From: Octopus vulgaris
Taxonomy: Eukaryota
Length of the DNA stretch: 64,000 bases
Direction: 5' to 3'
Assembly (NCBI GenBank): GCA_951406725.2
Contig: OX597829.1
Span: 42,780,001-42,844,000, forward strand
The translations under genes were made by a program, and so were the position numbers. How positions within the stretch are numbered: position 1 is the first letter of the stretch; the number at the start of each line of letters is the position of its first letter. Under the pieces are notes generated by a model that did no database searches, had not been told where the DNA came from, and saw nothing but the letters and a program-made list of their open reading frames with translations. Shown here one piece after another: positions 1-13,160 of this stretch.

Positions 1-377
1 TTGGTATGGTCAACAAGTACAGGGATACCGCGGTAAAGGATGACCCGTCCTTAGGTATGAGGTTAACTTAAAGCAATCATTGAAATCTCTAGAGCTTCAT
101 TTGACATCTTGGGAAAGTTTTTTGCATTACAGGCCGATGGACATCTCCTGGGTCAAAAGAATGCTGTGAAGAATTTAGTGCAAGCTGGCTAGACATTTTG
201 TTCGAATAAAATATGACAGCATTCCGAAAATTCTTTGGTATGGTCAACAAGTACAGGGATACCGCGGTAAAAGATGACCCATCCTTAGGCATGAGGTTAA
301 CTTAAAGCAATCGTTGAAATCTCTAGAGCTTCATTTGACATCTTGGGAAAGTCATTGCATTATAGGCCGATGGACAT
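1..377. repeat. Tandem duplication, about 234-bp unit, cut by the window start; possibly decayed PLE RT sequence on the minus strand
   Basis: ttggtatggtcaacaagtacagggataccgcgg occurs at 1 and 235. The minus-strand translation FTAVSLYLLTIPKN loosely resembles the PLE RT motif (T.DV.SLY..IP). Confidence 0.6.
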
Positions 378-1071
378 ATAGTATAAAATGATGCATCTAA
401 ACAATTTAGTTGAAGAAACAGAATAAGAGAATTATATCCTGCAAGCAAGAGACATATTTGTCCATTCCCAGGTAAAATCAGAATCATCATTTTTCCCCAT
501 TGTGACTTCATAGCAAAATCCATAACTGGATTCAAATTTACACTCACGAATCCATTACAAATAGATGAAGCTTCTTTTTATTTTTAAAGTTGTTTTTTTC
601 TTCTTTTTCTAGCGTTTTTTCTCACTTTTTTTTTCTTTAAATTTCTCTCCTTCAAATATTCACACGTCGAAATCGACGGGAGTGACCATAATTATTATTT
701 AATTTACGCACAACAGATTAGACTGTTGGAAAACAAACATTCCTAGCATCGGGTTACAACAAGTAACCTCAGGTGCCAAGAATCATTCTTAAGTATCCTA
801 GCGTCTCCAATAATACCGTTCTCTGAAGCTGCACTAAACTAAGTTTTGTACCCGTATCCTCTATCCATCTGTTCAAATCTTTATATAATAGTTCCTAATG
901 CACCTATAACTACGGGGATACATTTTACCCGCAACTTCCATAACCTCTGTAACTCAATAGCTAAGTCCTGGTACTTAGCTATTTTCTCGAAACCTCTCAT
1001 ATTGACTTTCTCATCCTTTGTGACAGTAAAATCAATTATCTGGAACTTTTTATTTTCTTTGCCTACTATTA

Positions 1072-1236
1072 GGCGTAGGAGTGGCTGGGTGGTAAGTAGC
1101 TTGTTTACCAGCCACATGGTTCCGAGTTCAGTCCCACTGCGTGGCACCTTGGGCTAGTGTCTTCTACTATAGCCTCGGGCCGACCAAAGCCTTGTGAGTG
1201 GATTTGGTAGGCGGAAACTGAAAGAAGCCCGTCGTA

Positions 1237-1296
<60 letters not shown>

Positions 1297-1519
1297 TGTG
1301 CGTGTTTGTGTATCTGTGTTTGTCCCCCTAGCATTGCTTGACAACCGATGCTGGTGTGTTTATGTCCCCGTTACTTAGCGGTTCGGCAAAAGAGACCGAT
1401 AGAATAAGTACTGGGCTTACAAAAGAATAAGTCCCGGCGTCGAGTTGCTCGATTAAAGGCGGTGCTCCAGCATGGCCGCAGTCAAATGACTGAAACAAGT
1501 AAAAGAGAAAGAGTAAAGA
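1072..1519 (+). mobile_element. SINE family A (tRNA-like head, internal (TA)n tract, gaaacaagtaaaaga tail)
   Basis: ggcgtaggagtggctgggtggtaag...gttcagtccc...ccagcatggccgcagtcaaatgactgaaacaagt; more than 10 copies in the window. Confidence 0.9.
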
Positions 1520-1787
1520 GTACTACTAAATCACGCCTTCTAGCTTCTCTTATTCTATCACCCTCTATATTAAAATCACACATCATGTATTTCTTACTTT
1601 CTATAATTTTACTAGGTTCATGTTCATACCATTTATCAGTATGGTCAACTCCTAGCTTTAAATACAATGCCTAGTGGATTATTCTCCTTAGGTTGTCATG
1701 TCTTTTCGTGTATTCCATCTGTGCCAGCATGCTACATTCACTTACTAAATGAGTAACACATGTTCCCCTCCTTTGATTTACATAACC

Positions 1788-2162
1788 TCGCAATGGCCCA
1801 GTGGTTAGGGCAGCGGACTCGCGGTCGTAGGATCGCGGTTTCGATTCCCAGACCGGGCGTTGTGAGTGTTTATTGAGCGAAAACACCTAAAGCTCCACGA
1901 GTCTCCGGCAGGGATGGTGGTGATCCCTGCTGTACTCTTTCACCACAACTTTCTCTCACTCTTACTTCCTGTTTCTGTTGTACCTGTATTTCAAAGGGCC
2001 GGCCTTGTCACTCTCTGTGTCACGCTGAATATCCCCGAGAACTACGTTAAGGGTACACGTGTCTGTGGAGTGCTCAGCCACTTACACGTTAATTTCACGA
2101 GCAGGCTGTTACGTTGATCGGATCAACCGGAACCCTCGTCGTCGTAACCGACGGAGTGCTTC
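1788..2162 (+). mobile_element. tRNA-derived SINE family C
   Basis: A-box tggcccagtgg and B-box gtttcgattcc; the same head occurs at 9590 (-) and 46353 (+). Confidence 0.85.
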
Positions 2163-2868
2163 CTTCTACAGTGGAAATCTACTTGACTTTTGTCTGTCTT
2201 GGCTTTTATCCAATTAGTCCTCAATGCTTGATTTTATGTTGCTACTAACTTTCCTTCTCCCTCTTCAGCTTTCCTTTCTGCAACCACGACCATACAAGGC
2301 CTTCTCTTGCCAGTCAGCTAATATTACTTTCTTTTATCTGGTGTTTAGCTTCATTTGGTGTTTTGATTTTCACATCTTCGACTCTTACTCTACCAACTTT
2401 CAATAAAATTTCCTCGCTATTATCTAGGTAGGAGGCTGTATCTCCTCTAGCTAAATCCACACAGTCTTCTACTGCTACTAACCCTCTCCCACATTCTTTT
2501 CAAGGTCAATATGATCTTGATACTCTTGCTCCTTGACGAAGTCCTGCATTCATGTAGAATTCCTTCCTAAGTCTGACTACATTGGCTAACTCAGAGTTTG
2601 TCCAATCTACAAAAGCTGCTGAACATCTAAGTAAAAATACTGCCCAAGTATTCATAGATTTCACTAGAATCAGGCCATTTAATTTCAGCTTCCTCGCCCT
2701 TCTCATGTACTCCTCATTTTTTTTCTTTCACTTCTATAGTTAGTACTCTGTCAGATTCTAATACTCCTACATAGTTATATCTTTCTCCTTCTTTAAGTAA
2801 TTTTAATCTCTCGACATCTGGTAGTTGAATGCCTTCACTTCTGACTACTTGTTCCTTTTTATGTGTAA

Positions 2869-3167
2869 CTAGCAGTATCGCCCGGCGTTGCTCGGGTTTG
2901 TAAGGGAAATAACTATATAAGCATTTTTAGAGAGTTACTTCCCTTATATAATAGCAAAAAAATGCATTAAAAATGGGAAAAAATGATGGTAATTTTTTTT
3001 TTTAATCGTAGACTCATCGTAGACGCGTGCTAATACCCAGAAGGGCTCGATATGAATCACGACTATAAGATACCCGCTTTTAATTAAACTGCACCGCAAA
3101 ATGTGGGAGTAGTTAGGAATCTAAATCGTAGGAGACAGACACACAACTTCACTTTTATATATAAAGA
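2869..3167 (-). mobile_element. Non-autonomous Helitron, about 300 bp
   Basis: The minus strand starts A|TCTTTATATATAAAAG and ends with hairpin CCCGAGCAACGCCGGG then CTAG|T. It sits between A and T with no TSD, and removing it rejoins the Dong frame (CAILHIKRNKVVRSEG). Confidence 0.9.
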
Positions 3168-4945
3168 TATTGCGCAAAATTCCATATTTACATCTTTACA
3201 AAATTCCTACGTCAAATTCCATATTTACATCTTTGCTGAAGAGTCTTACAGTTTCTATTAAGGAATCTGCCTCTTTTTTATTCTTATTAAAAAGCTTCAA
3301 ATCATCCATGTAGAAAAAATAGTTAATATTTCCTTTACTGTTACTAAACTGATCCATTGCCTTTGCCTTTCTTAAGACTACACTGAGGGGGATTAAACAT
3401 CACACAAATATTAAAAGAGATAACGAGTCATCATGAAAAATTTCACTCTTGATGTTAACTTTCCCCCAAGACTGTGTCACCTGAGTAGAAATCTATTTTC
3501 CATTTCTTCATCCTATAGCTAATTAGCTCTCTTGTTTGCAATGCTGGATATTCCGAAACATTCACTTATCCATGAGAGTCGAATTATGTCATAGGTTTTC
3601 TTATAATCTCTCTATGCTATTGTTAGATTATTTTTTTTATTTCTAGATTTAACTACTTTGCCTATATTTAATAGATCGTACGTTCCTGTAGCCTTCTTCC
3701 TGCAACCTTTCTGCTCTTCTGGCCGCAAATTCTGGCTTTCGAGGTGATGATAAATGTTTTTCGAGAGTATTCCTGTTAGAAGCTTCCACACTATTGGTAA
3801 GCAAGTGATTCGTCTATAATTACTAGCTATATTGTCCTTGCTTTTGTTTTCCATAAGGAGTACTATTCTCCTTTTGGTCATCCAGCCAGGTATTACTCCT
3901 CCATTCAGGTTTCGAAACTTCTAGAATCTTTATATGAGCAGTTATATTAACCAATGGAAAAAAAAAACGAAAATGATATTTCTTCGGCAATACGACATTA
4001 CGTCATATTGCCAATTCGGGCCACATTTCAAAATGGCTAAAATGGCTATTGCTACACAGGCATTACTGAAATTGTTCCCTCAGTTTCCATATAAGCTGCT
4101 ACATTTCTTTAACGTGTACCCTCGAACTAAATCTGGTTCTGCGCCTTTTCATTTCTGCATTCTTCCTAACACTTTACTCATTAATATACTAGTTAGTTTT
4201 AGATATAGCTGCTTTTCATTAACTACTCCTTCGCTTATTGTCTTTAACCATGCTTCATCTCCATTATTCTCAACTGCTTATCACAAATATTACTCCAGTA
4301 CTATCTTCTTCTGCTTTAGATTTTTCATCTTCCCTAGTTGCTTCTACACTATTTATTTGGCGCTGAAATCTCTGGTCTGTCGCAAACCATCTGTTCTGTT
4401 GATACTAATATATTCTTTACTGATATTTGGAAATCTTACCTCCTATTGCTATGATATGCTCTTTCAGCTCTTCTATGACTATCCCAAACCAATTCCCTTT
4501 AAGTATTTTTCTCAAGAGAGGATTTTAATCTTGTTTCTCCTAGCTTGTCCTGTTTCTAGACTTGTATTCTAATCAGATCTTGTTTTAAAGTCTTCATCTA
4601 ATTTTCTCATCTCCCGTTTCACATCTGACCTTGAGGAATCCCTAGTCTTCTAGCAACTGCTACCCCCACTGAATAAAACAATAAGTTGGTGTCACCTATA
4701 TTTTTAGTATCTGTTCTACTGGTAACAAAATCTAATTTTCCAGTAATATCTAGCAACTTCCTTCCATTAACATATTTTTTAATGCTGGTAATCTTTTCTT
4801 CTTTCTTTACTCATTACTTCCCTCAACTCATCTAAAGTCTTCTAACCCTTCTCATTTTACTTTCTCATTTTGGTAGTGCTATTATTTTTTCAACTGCTTA
4901 TACGCATAAAGTTTCCTAACCACTTTTCAACATATTCATTGCTCC

Positions 4946-5105
4946 AGGAGTGGCTGTGTGGTAAGTAGCTTGTTTACCAACCACATGGTCCCGGGTTCAG
5001 TCCCACTGCGTGGCACCTTGGGCAAGTGTCTTCTACTATTGCCTCGGGCCGACCAAAGCTTTGTGAGTGGATTTGGTAGACGGAAACTCAAAGAAGCCCA
5101 TCGTA

Positions 5106-5145
<40 letters not shown>

Positions 5146-5360
5146 CGTGTGTGTGTTTGTGTGTCTGTGTTTGTCCCCCTAGCATTGCTTGACAACTGAT
5201 GCTGGTGTGTTTATGTCTCCGTTACTTAGCGGTTCGGCAAAAGAGACCGATAGAATAAGTACTGGGCTTACAAAGGATAAGTCCCGGGGTCGATTTGCTC
5301 GACTAAAAGGCGGTGATCCAGCATGGCCGCAGTCAGATGACTGAAACAAGTAAAAGAGTA
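4946..5360 (+). mobile_element. SINE family A
   Basis: Near-identical to 1072-1519. Confidence 0.9.
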
Positions 5361-5559
5361 TACCCTTAGGTGTTGGTTTGGGCCTTTTTTTCACTTTTTA
5401 ATTTTTTTGGAAAACTACTAAAAATATACAAATTTTCTCTAAAATTATTGGCATTTCCATGAATAGCTACTTCGATAAATGCTATTCGTCAAAGCATTCG
5501 TGAAGTTGCTACCACTACAAATACTAAACACTGTAGTCGTGTGCACGCTCCAGTTGCTA

Positions 5560-5762
5560 TGATGGGGTGCTGAAAAATTTCAAGCTTTGGGTAATTATTT
5601 AATTATGATTTTATTCAACATATTCCCCTCTCAGATTCACTCACTTAGAGCAGTCGTCCTTTAGTTTTAATTTTAAGCCCTGAAATGAACTCGGAAGGTT
5701 GAGCCTCCAACCAGGCCTTCCGTGAAACCCTTAAAGCCAAAAACTTTTCAGGACCCCCCTCG
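5560..5762. mobile_element. Mariner-type MITE
   Basis: Imperfect TIRs tgatggggtgctgaaaa...ttttcaggacccccctcg, with TA on the left flank; related copy at 6401-7052. Confidence 0.75.
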
Positions 5763-5826
5763 TGTGTATGTATGCATGTATGCATGTATGTATGTATGTA
5801 TGCATGCATGTATGCATGCATGCATG

Positions 5827-5860
<34 letters not shown>

Positions 5861-6365
5861 TGTATGCATGCATGCATGCATGTATGCATGCATGCATGTA
5901 TGTATGTATGTATGTATGTATGTATGCATGCATGCATGCATGCATGTATGTATGTATGTATGTATGTATGTATGTATGTATGTATGTATGTATGCATGCA
6001 TGTATGTATGTATGTATGTATGTATGTACGTATGCATGTATGTATGTATGTGTGTATGTATGTATGTATGTGTGTGTATGTATGTATGTATGTATGTATG
6101 TATGTATGTATGTATGTATGTATGTATGTATGCATGCATGTATGTATGTATGTATGTATGTATCTATGCATGCATGCATGTATGTATGTATGTATGTATG
6201 TATGTATGTATGTATGTATGTATGCATGCATGCATGCATGTATGCATGTATGTATGTATGTATCCATGTATGTATGTATGTATGTATGTATGTACGTATG
6301 TATGTATGCATGCATGTATGTATGTATGTATGTATGTATGTATGTATGTATGTATGTATGTATGT
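5763..6365. repeat. (TATG)n/(CATG)n microsatellite
   Basis: Direct inspection; explains the MYVC/HTYI ORFs. Confidence 0.97.
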
Positions 6366-6400
6366 GTTTGTGTGCTCTCGCGCGAATGTGTACGTACATA

Positions 6401-7052
6401 TGAGGAGTGCTGAAAAGTTCCTGGCTTTGGGTAAAAGAAATACAGAAAGATCAGTTAATTATGATTTTATTCAACATACTCACCCCACACCTTTAGATTC
6501 ACACACTTACTGGAGCAGACCTTCAGTTTTTCTAAGACCTTTAAACGAAGTCGCAAGGTAGGCGCAGGAGTGGCTGTGTGGTAAGTAGCTTGTTTACCAA
6601 CCACATGGTTCCGGGTTCAGTCCCACTGCGTGGCACCTTGGGCAAGTGTCTTATACTACAAGCCTCGGGCCGACCAAAGCCTTGTGAGTGGATTTGGTTG
6701 ACGGAAACTGAAAGAAGCCTGTCGTATATATGTACATATATATATATATATGCGTGCGTGTGTTTGTGTGTCTGTGTTTGTCCCCCTAGCATTGCTTGAC
6801 AACCGATGCTGGTGTGTTTATGTCCCCGTTACTTAGCGGTTCGGCAAAAAGAGACCGATAGAATAAGTACTGGGCTTACAAAAAAGAATAAGTCCCGCCG
6901 GGGTCGAGTTGCTCGATTAAAAGGCGGTGCTCCAGCATGGCCGCAGTCAAATGACTGAAACAAGTAAAAGATAAACTATTAAAAGTGTAGGGCCTCCAAA
7001 TGTGACCTTTCGTAATACCCTTAAAGACAGGAACTTTTCTGCAACCCCTTCA
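6401..7052. mobile_element. Mariner-type MITE with a SINE A inserted at 6561-6972
   Basis: TA|tgaggagtgctgaaaagttcctggcttt ... aaagacaggaacttttctgcaaccccttca|TA. Confidence 0.8.
6561..6972 (+). mobile_element. SINE family A
   Basis: Full-length match to the family. Confidence 0.9.
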
Positions 7053-7549
7053 TATGTAAATTACTAATCAAAAGCAAAACTTAGTTAAATTCTTCATGAA
7101 GCAACGCAGTTCAACATGTGATTATTTATTAAGTCGCTATTTTGGAAACTACATTATAACGTTTGCGTGAAAGCTTATAACGATAGCGTGTAATGTACCA
7201 GAATTGTTTTAGTGAGTTACTGGACGGACAAAAATAGTATCATCAGAAAACGTTGCCAATATACTAAAAACCCAGCAACAGTTTTTCACTTGGCCTGCTT
7301 TTTTCTTTTGCTGTGCACCTCAAACAAAGTCGATAAAACTGTCACACGTCCACCGTTTTCTCAAGTCAGAGAGACGAACAGGAAACGGTCTGGAGGAAAA
7401 AAAACAATAAGTTGACCTGAAAAAAAAATAAAAAAGATTTTAAAAAAAAGGGTAGTGTTGTGTGTTTGGTGAGTACTGTATGTGGTGTGTGTGTGTGTGT
7501 GTGCGTGAATGGTGTCCATTCGTGTGCGCGTGCGTGAATGTGTGTGTGT

Positions 7550-7610
<61 letters not shown>

Positions 7611-7905
7611 CGTGATTCGAGTGTAATCGTATGCAACTATTAATACCGTTATAATTGTGTGCGTGACGGCGAGAGAGAGAGAGAGAAGATTATATATATA
7701 AGCAACGCACAACTTACCTACAGTGGCATATATAAACAGGCACACACAATCACACGCGTACATACACACACACACGCGCGCACGTGCACGTGCACACATA
7801 CACACGCATATATGCAAACATAGGCGTGTGCGCACATACCCCCAAGTACATACATACATGCATACATAAATACATACATACGCACACACACACACACATA
7901 TATAT

Positions 7906-7950
<45 letters not shown>

Positions 7951-8038
7951 CATGCATATATATATATATATTCATACATACATACATACATACATATATA
8001 TATTCATACATACATACATACATATATATGTGCATACA

Positions 8039-8074
<36 letters not shown>

Positions 8075-8107
8075 TTCATACATACATACATATATATATT
8101 CATACAT

Positions 8108-8156
<49 letters not shown>

Positions 8157-8695
8157 TATATACTATATAAACATACTATATATATATATACTATATAAAC
8201 ATACTATACCTTCACGTGCATATGTTCTATATATATATATATATATATATATATGAATGTATATGTGTGTGTGTATATATATATGAACATATGCACGTGA
8301 AGGTATAGTACGTTTATACCAGGTGATGATCAACTCTGCGCCTATGTTTTATGAAACTTACCTGTGAACAGGTGTTGCCGTCAGTCTCGTTTCTTTTTTT
8401 CTGATTATTTTATATATTTATTCACTATTCCATTTTGTTATTATTGCTCCTTGTCCTATTTTGTTTTTGTTATTATTTATGGTCCTAAGGTGCATTGAAT
8501 GGCTCATTCGGTAAATCGTGCGAAAAAAAGCATTTTGTCACCACATATAGGTAGGTACTTAATTTTTTACGTGCAGTATTTCAAATCATGCTACAATCAC
8601 TTTTTACCTTTTCATAGTCCTATTGGTCGCGTTGATAGAATAAAAGTGTTGAAGTTACGTATTCAGAGTGAAATAAGGGGAGACCCCCCCCCACC

Positions 8696-9022
8696 CTTCG
8701 GTCATGGATGACCATGGGACTGCATCTAGAAAGTTACCCTCCGAGGCACAAGTCAGGGCAAGGTTGTTTATGGATGACCAACAGTCACCCATGCATACCA
8801 GCTTCCCCTCTCCATACCAATGATGTTATCCAAGGGTAAGGCAAAGGGGCCGATACAGCTTGACACCAGTGACGTCGCAACTCATTTCTACAGCTGACTA
8901 AACTGGAGCAACGTAAAATAAAGTGTCTTGCTCAAGAACACAACACTCAGCCCAGTCCGAGAATCGAACTCACAACCTCACGATCTAACCACTCGACGCT
9001 CTTACCACTGAGTCATGCGCCT
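8696..9022 (-). mobile_element. tRNA-derived SINE family D
   Basis: Minus strand GGCGCATGACTCAGTGG...GAGTTCGATTCT...TTGTGTTCTTGAGCAAGACACTT (A/B boxes followed by a conserved SINE central motif). Confidence 0.7.
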
Positions 9023-9302
9023 TCACTCAGAGTGAAGAAAGGGATTTTACCTGGTACTTTAGAAATTTTGTAAATTCACTCCCTGATCAACAGAGAAAAT
9101 ATTAGTGTCTAACTTTGACCCACGGCCAGTAGTTTCGCGGGAGGGAGTGAGTTGATTAGTACTGGTACTTATTTAATCGACCTCGAAATGATGAAAGGCA
9201 AAGTCGGCTCCAGCGGCATTCGAACACAGAACATAAAGACAGATCAAATACCGTTAAGGATTTTGTCCTGCACTCTAAAGATTCTGCCAGCTCGCCGTCT
9301 TT

Positions 9303-9592
9303 TATTTTTTTATGCGCCCTTTTCAAGCCTAACCAGGCTCATGGGTCTGGTTTCCCGGTTTCTATGGCGTATGTGTCCCCCCCCCCAGCTGGGCAGGACG
9401 CCAGTCCATCGCAGCGATACTCAAGTTGGGGTGTTAGAGTACAACAGGGGTCGCCACCACCCCCTGCCGGAGCCTCGTGGAGCTTTAGGTGTTTTCACTC
9501 AATAAACACACACAGCGCCCGGTCTGGGAATCGAAACCGCGATCTTCCGACCGCGAGTCCTCTGCCCTAACCACTAGGCCATTGCGCCTCCA
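9303..9592 (-). mobile_element. SINE family C inserted at the head of a SINE B, with a 14-bp TSD
   Basis: TSD cagctcgccgtctt at about 9289 and 9593; tRNA head and A-rich tail. Confidence 0.85.
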
Positions 9593-10169
9593 CAGCTCGC
9601 CGTCTTAAGCAGATTAAATACTTATGGTACGTTCTTCTCCACCACTCTCTCTAGCGTTTGTATATTTTGGCATTAAATTAAATTTAAGATACCATTAGTA
9701 TTTTCTCTGTTTAACTTGGCAAGCTGGTAAAATTGCTTCAGTGCTAGACGAAATGCTTAGTAACTATTCTTACGTTTTTACGTTCAGTGGTCGAATGCTG
9801 CCGGGGCTGACTTTACCTTTCATCCTTTTAAAGGTATCCGAAATATCAGGAAATGGAGTTAAGCCAAACGACGGATTATTTACACTCTTAAATGAACAAT
9901 TCTCTCTCTCTAAAAATAAGAGGCAGTTGGAATTAAGTTGGAATCTAAGTGCACTGCATTTTGTAGCAGAAACAGCTGTAACCTAATGAAGTTCATTGCA
10001 TAGTTTCCTGTTCCTTTGTCATTTATTTAATTACATATTCACGCGCTCACTGTACCCAGTTAACGCCTCATTCTGAACCATATCTGAAACAGTTCTAACA
10101 CCAGGCTATCAGTATCGCTATACCTAAGCGGAACAACACCCCCCCACACACACACGCACACAAACAGCC

Positions 10170-10885
10170 AAATGCTATGCAGTCATGTACCAACTTCTTC
10201 TCATCCAATGTCACCTTGTCTGCTCAATCAAAACGTTGTCCTTCGAAGGACCAAACGGTGAAGGTCGGAGAATCCCAAATCCGGACTTTACGGTCATTGG
10301 TAAACTGCTGCTCAACACCTATTGCCAGTTGTATTATTTGTTGCTAAACATGCGTGTGAATGTTGATATTTTCAGATTGTTCGGCATTTTCCTTCTAATG
10401 GCTTCTCTAAGAAATATCAGTCTCTCAATGTACCGCTCGTTGTTCATGACACAGCCACGTTCCAGAAAGTCAAGAAAGATGACATTCTTATCATCCTGAA
10501 AAACAGCCATCATGACTTTCCTGTGTCTATTACTCTTAAATTCTCAAGTACTGGGAAAAGGGATGTGACGCCATTTCATAGACTCAGTCTTCATTTCCGC
10601 ATTATAAAAATTTCAGCCGTTTCATACCGTCAGCAGATCAGAAAAAAAGAGCGCATCTTCGTCGGTTTTAAACGCTTCCAGTATATCAGAGGCTTACTCT
10701 AAACTTCTCTTCGTGAAGTCAGCTTTCAGTTGCAGGAGTACACAATGTTCATACATTTTCCCGTTACCCAAACTTGTTACAATCTTCTCTAATGCACAGT
10801 AATCACACTCGAATTGTGAAGCAAGCTTACGGATTGTGAGTCGTTTGTCCATGGAAATATACTCGTTCAACTGATGGCCATTCGT
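10170..10885 (-). mobile_element. Decayed mariner transposase fragment
   Basis: The minus strand gives pieces such as FYNAEMKTESMKWRH..P...KVMMAVF.DDK, matching mariner YDPETK.QS.EW.H...GKVM..VFWD; degenerate PDLAPSD region near 10250-10290. Confidence 0.65.
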
Positions 10886-10904
10886 GTCAGTGGTCTACGG
10901 ATGA

Positions 10905-11325
10905 TACTCTTTTACTCTCTCTTTTACTCTTTTACTTGTTTCAGTCATTTGACTGCGGCCATGCTGGAGCACCGCCTTTAGTCGAGCAAATCGACCCCGG
11001 GACTTATTCTTTGTAAGCCTAGTACTTATTCTATCGGTCTCTTTTGCCGAACCGCTAAGTGACGGGGACGTAAACACACCAGCATCGGTTGTCAAGCAAT
11101 GCTAGGGGGACAAACACAAACACAGACACACAATCATATACACACACACATATATATATACATATATAAGACAGGCTTCTTTCAGTTTCCGTCTACCAAA
11201 TCCACTCACAAGGCATTGGTCGGCTCGGGGCTATAGCAGAAGACGCCCAAGATGCCACGCAGTGGGACTGAACCCGGAACCATGTGGTTGATTAGCAAGC
11301 TACTAACCACACAGCCACTCCTGCG
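10905..11325 (-). mobile_element. SINE family A
   Basis: Reverse-complement match to the family. Confidence 0.9.
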
Positions 11326-11964
11326 TAGTTTATCTTCAGTTCTGCTTTCATCTTCTTTAAACATCATAATCTCGCTTTGTGTAGATTGCTCTTGTCAATG
11401 ACGTTAATCTCCGCGAACAACTTGTTGCCTTCTAAAGATTTCAGACAGCCTGGACAAAGTTTTCTGAGATGCCGGACATCTTGCAACACCGCCATCATCA
11501 TAAATCCAGCAATGGTATCATGTCTCACCTTAAAACACACAATTTGCTTGCTTATTTGCAATGAAGATAGAAAGTAAGAAGTGTTATGATCGATTAAGGG
11601 TTACTCAACCAGCATGTGGAATTTGATCAACCTACATCAGTGAATAAAACAGTTATCTTTCGTCTTTCATCAAGTACTTGTTTTAGTTTTTAGACTGCGG
11701 CTATGCTAGGGAGTCTCCTTGAAGAGTTTAGTCGAACAAATCAACATCGTCTGGTACTTATTCGTCTGGTACTTATATACACGTATATTATATATATATA
11801 TATTTTTTTTATTATATAGAAGGAGCTTCTACAGGACTAGAACTGTTTCATTCAAGAGAAATCTAGTATAATAAATTAATTTTACTCTGCTATGTATTGA
11901 GTACCTTATTTACTGTGGTTAACCCCGAATCAACCCGGGACCTACATATATATATATATATATA

Positions 11965-12022
<58 letters not shown>

Positions 12023-12025
<3 letters not shown>

Positions 12026-12215
12026 AAAGTTTACGAAAAAAAACAAACAAAAGTCGAAGACAGGTGGTGTACAAAACAAACAGATGTATTAGTATAACGC
12101 TCAGGAATAGAAAAAAGTATTTTACGTTTCGAGTCTACGCTCTTCTACAGAAAAGTACACAGAAAAAAACAAGGAGAGAAACAAGGAGAAAAAAAATGTG
12201 TGTAGTGGCTTAACT
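12023..12215 (-). mobile_element. PLE pLTR-like fragment in (TA)n carrying a degenerate hammerhead (12117-12156)
   Basis: Same family as 23740-23925; minus strand CTGTAGAAGAGCGTAGACTCGAAACGTA. Confidence 0.65.
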
Positions 12216-12237
12216 ATACATACATATATATATATAA

Positions 12238-12288
<51 letters not shown>

Positions 12289-12796
12289 AATACATATACA
12301 TAGTTACACGCGCACACCCATACACGCACACATATCAGTTGAATAAAATTAAAGCATGTTCTGAGTCCTTGTACTACAGTTGTCAAGATTTCAACTGTCA
12401 GTTAAATACATTTTGAAAAGCTGATGATTATTACGAACGTATGAAAGCGTTAATAAAACTTTATGAACATTACAAAATATTTTTTTATGTTTAACAAACT
12501 TCAACATTAACAAAAAAATATTTTTTTAAATACCATAATAAAAAAATGTGAAAACCAGACCATGTTTTAACACATTATTCAACTGATGTGTGTATGTGTA
12601 TGCATGCGTGTGTGTATATATACATATATATATATATATCATAAGGGACTAAAGCCATCTGAATATGGCTAGGGACAGGGCAGGGTGGTGGGGGTGTTAC
12701 TGTTGCATTTAGCCCCAGGCGAACATCGACGTCACCAGAAAGGCTCGACACCATCACGGTGTCCTTATCCTGCAAAGGGAGGTAATTCCCCGATGA

Positions 12797-12868
12797 AGCG
12801 GAAACCACACACGGACCATGGTTTCAAGGTGTATTGCCCATCGTCGGCGTGTGGTAGGCTTCCGCTTC
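12797..12868 (-). ncRNA. Type I hammerhead ribozyme (inverted copy)
   Basis: Reverse complement of the 13087-13160 fold; predicted cut after C at 12814 on the minus strand. Confidence 0.8.
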
Positions 12869-13086
12869 CTCGACGAATTCTCACTCTGCAGGATATTCAT
12901 ATATAGATTTTCAAGCAAAATACATTTGCTGATTTCGGCTTTAGTCCCTTATGTTATCGAGCAGTTACTGTCTATATCTCTTTTAGAGAATTATTATTGC
13001 TTTCTCGAACAGATTTTCGAAATCAGCAAATGTATTTTGCTTGAAAATCTATATATGAATATCCTGCAGAGTGAGAATTCGTCGAG

Positions 13087-13160
13087 GAAGCGGAAGCCTA
13101 CCACACGCCGACGATGGGCAATACACCTTGAAACCATGGTCCGTGTGTGGTTTCCGCTTC
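13087..13160 (+). ncRNA. Type I hammerhead ribozyme, unit 1
   Basis: Stem I CACACG/CGUGUG extended by GAAGCGGAA/UUCCGCUUC. Core CCGACGA (13108-14), stem II GGG-CAAUACA-CCU, then GAAA, palindromic stem III ACCAUGGU, and GUC^ after 13141. Confidence 0.85.

Larger units (their letters stand above)
690..4940 (-). mobile_element. Decayed R4/Dong-clade non-LTR retrotransposon (RT plus restriction-like endonuclease), interrupted by two SINEs and a Helitron
   Basis: Minus-strand pieces include ASNYRRITCLPIVWKLLTGIL...EEQKGCRK (RT), FYMDDLKL near 3290-3315, HLVSECSMLAQMEYTKRHD (knuckle region) and KYQDLAIELQRLW...IPVVIGALG (RLE C-terminus). Many stops and frameshifts. Confidence 0.9.

Noticed and set aside
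1788-1860. tRNA gene
   Set aside because: It continues into a SINE body found in several copies and has no proper acceptor stem or terminator.
5645-6561. Long ORFs such as [16 protein letters not shown], and similar poly-I/Y/L, IYIY and SIYL ORFs throughout
   Set aside because: They are translations of microsatellites that lack stop codons, not proteins.
12790-12830. CCGATGAAGCGGAAAC as a hammerhead on the strand opposite the called one
   Set aside because: Stem II and stem I cannot form; it is the complement of the extended stem I of the real fold.
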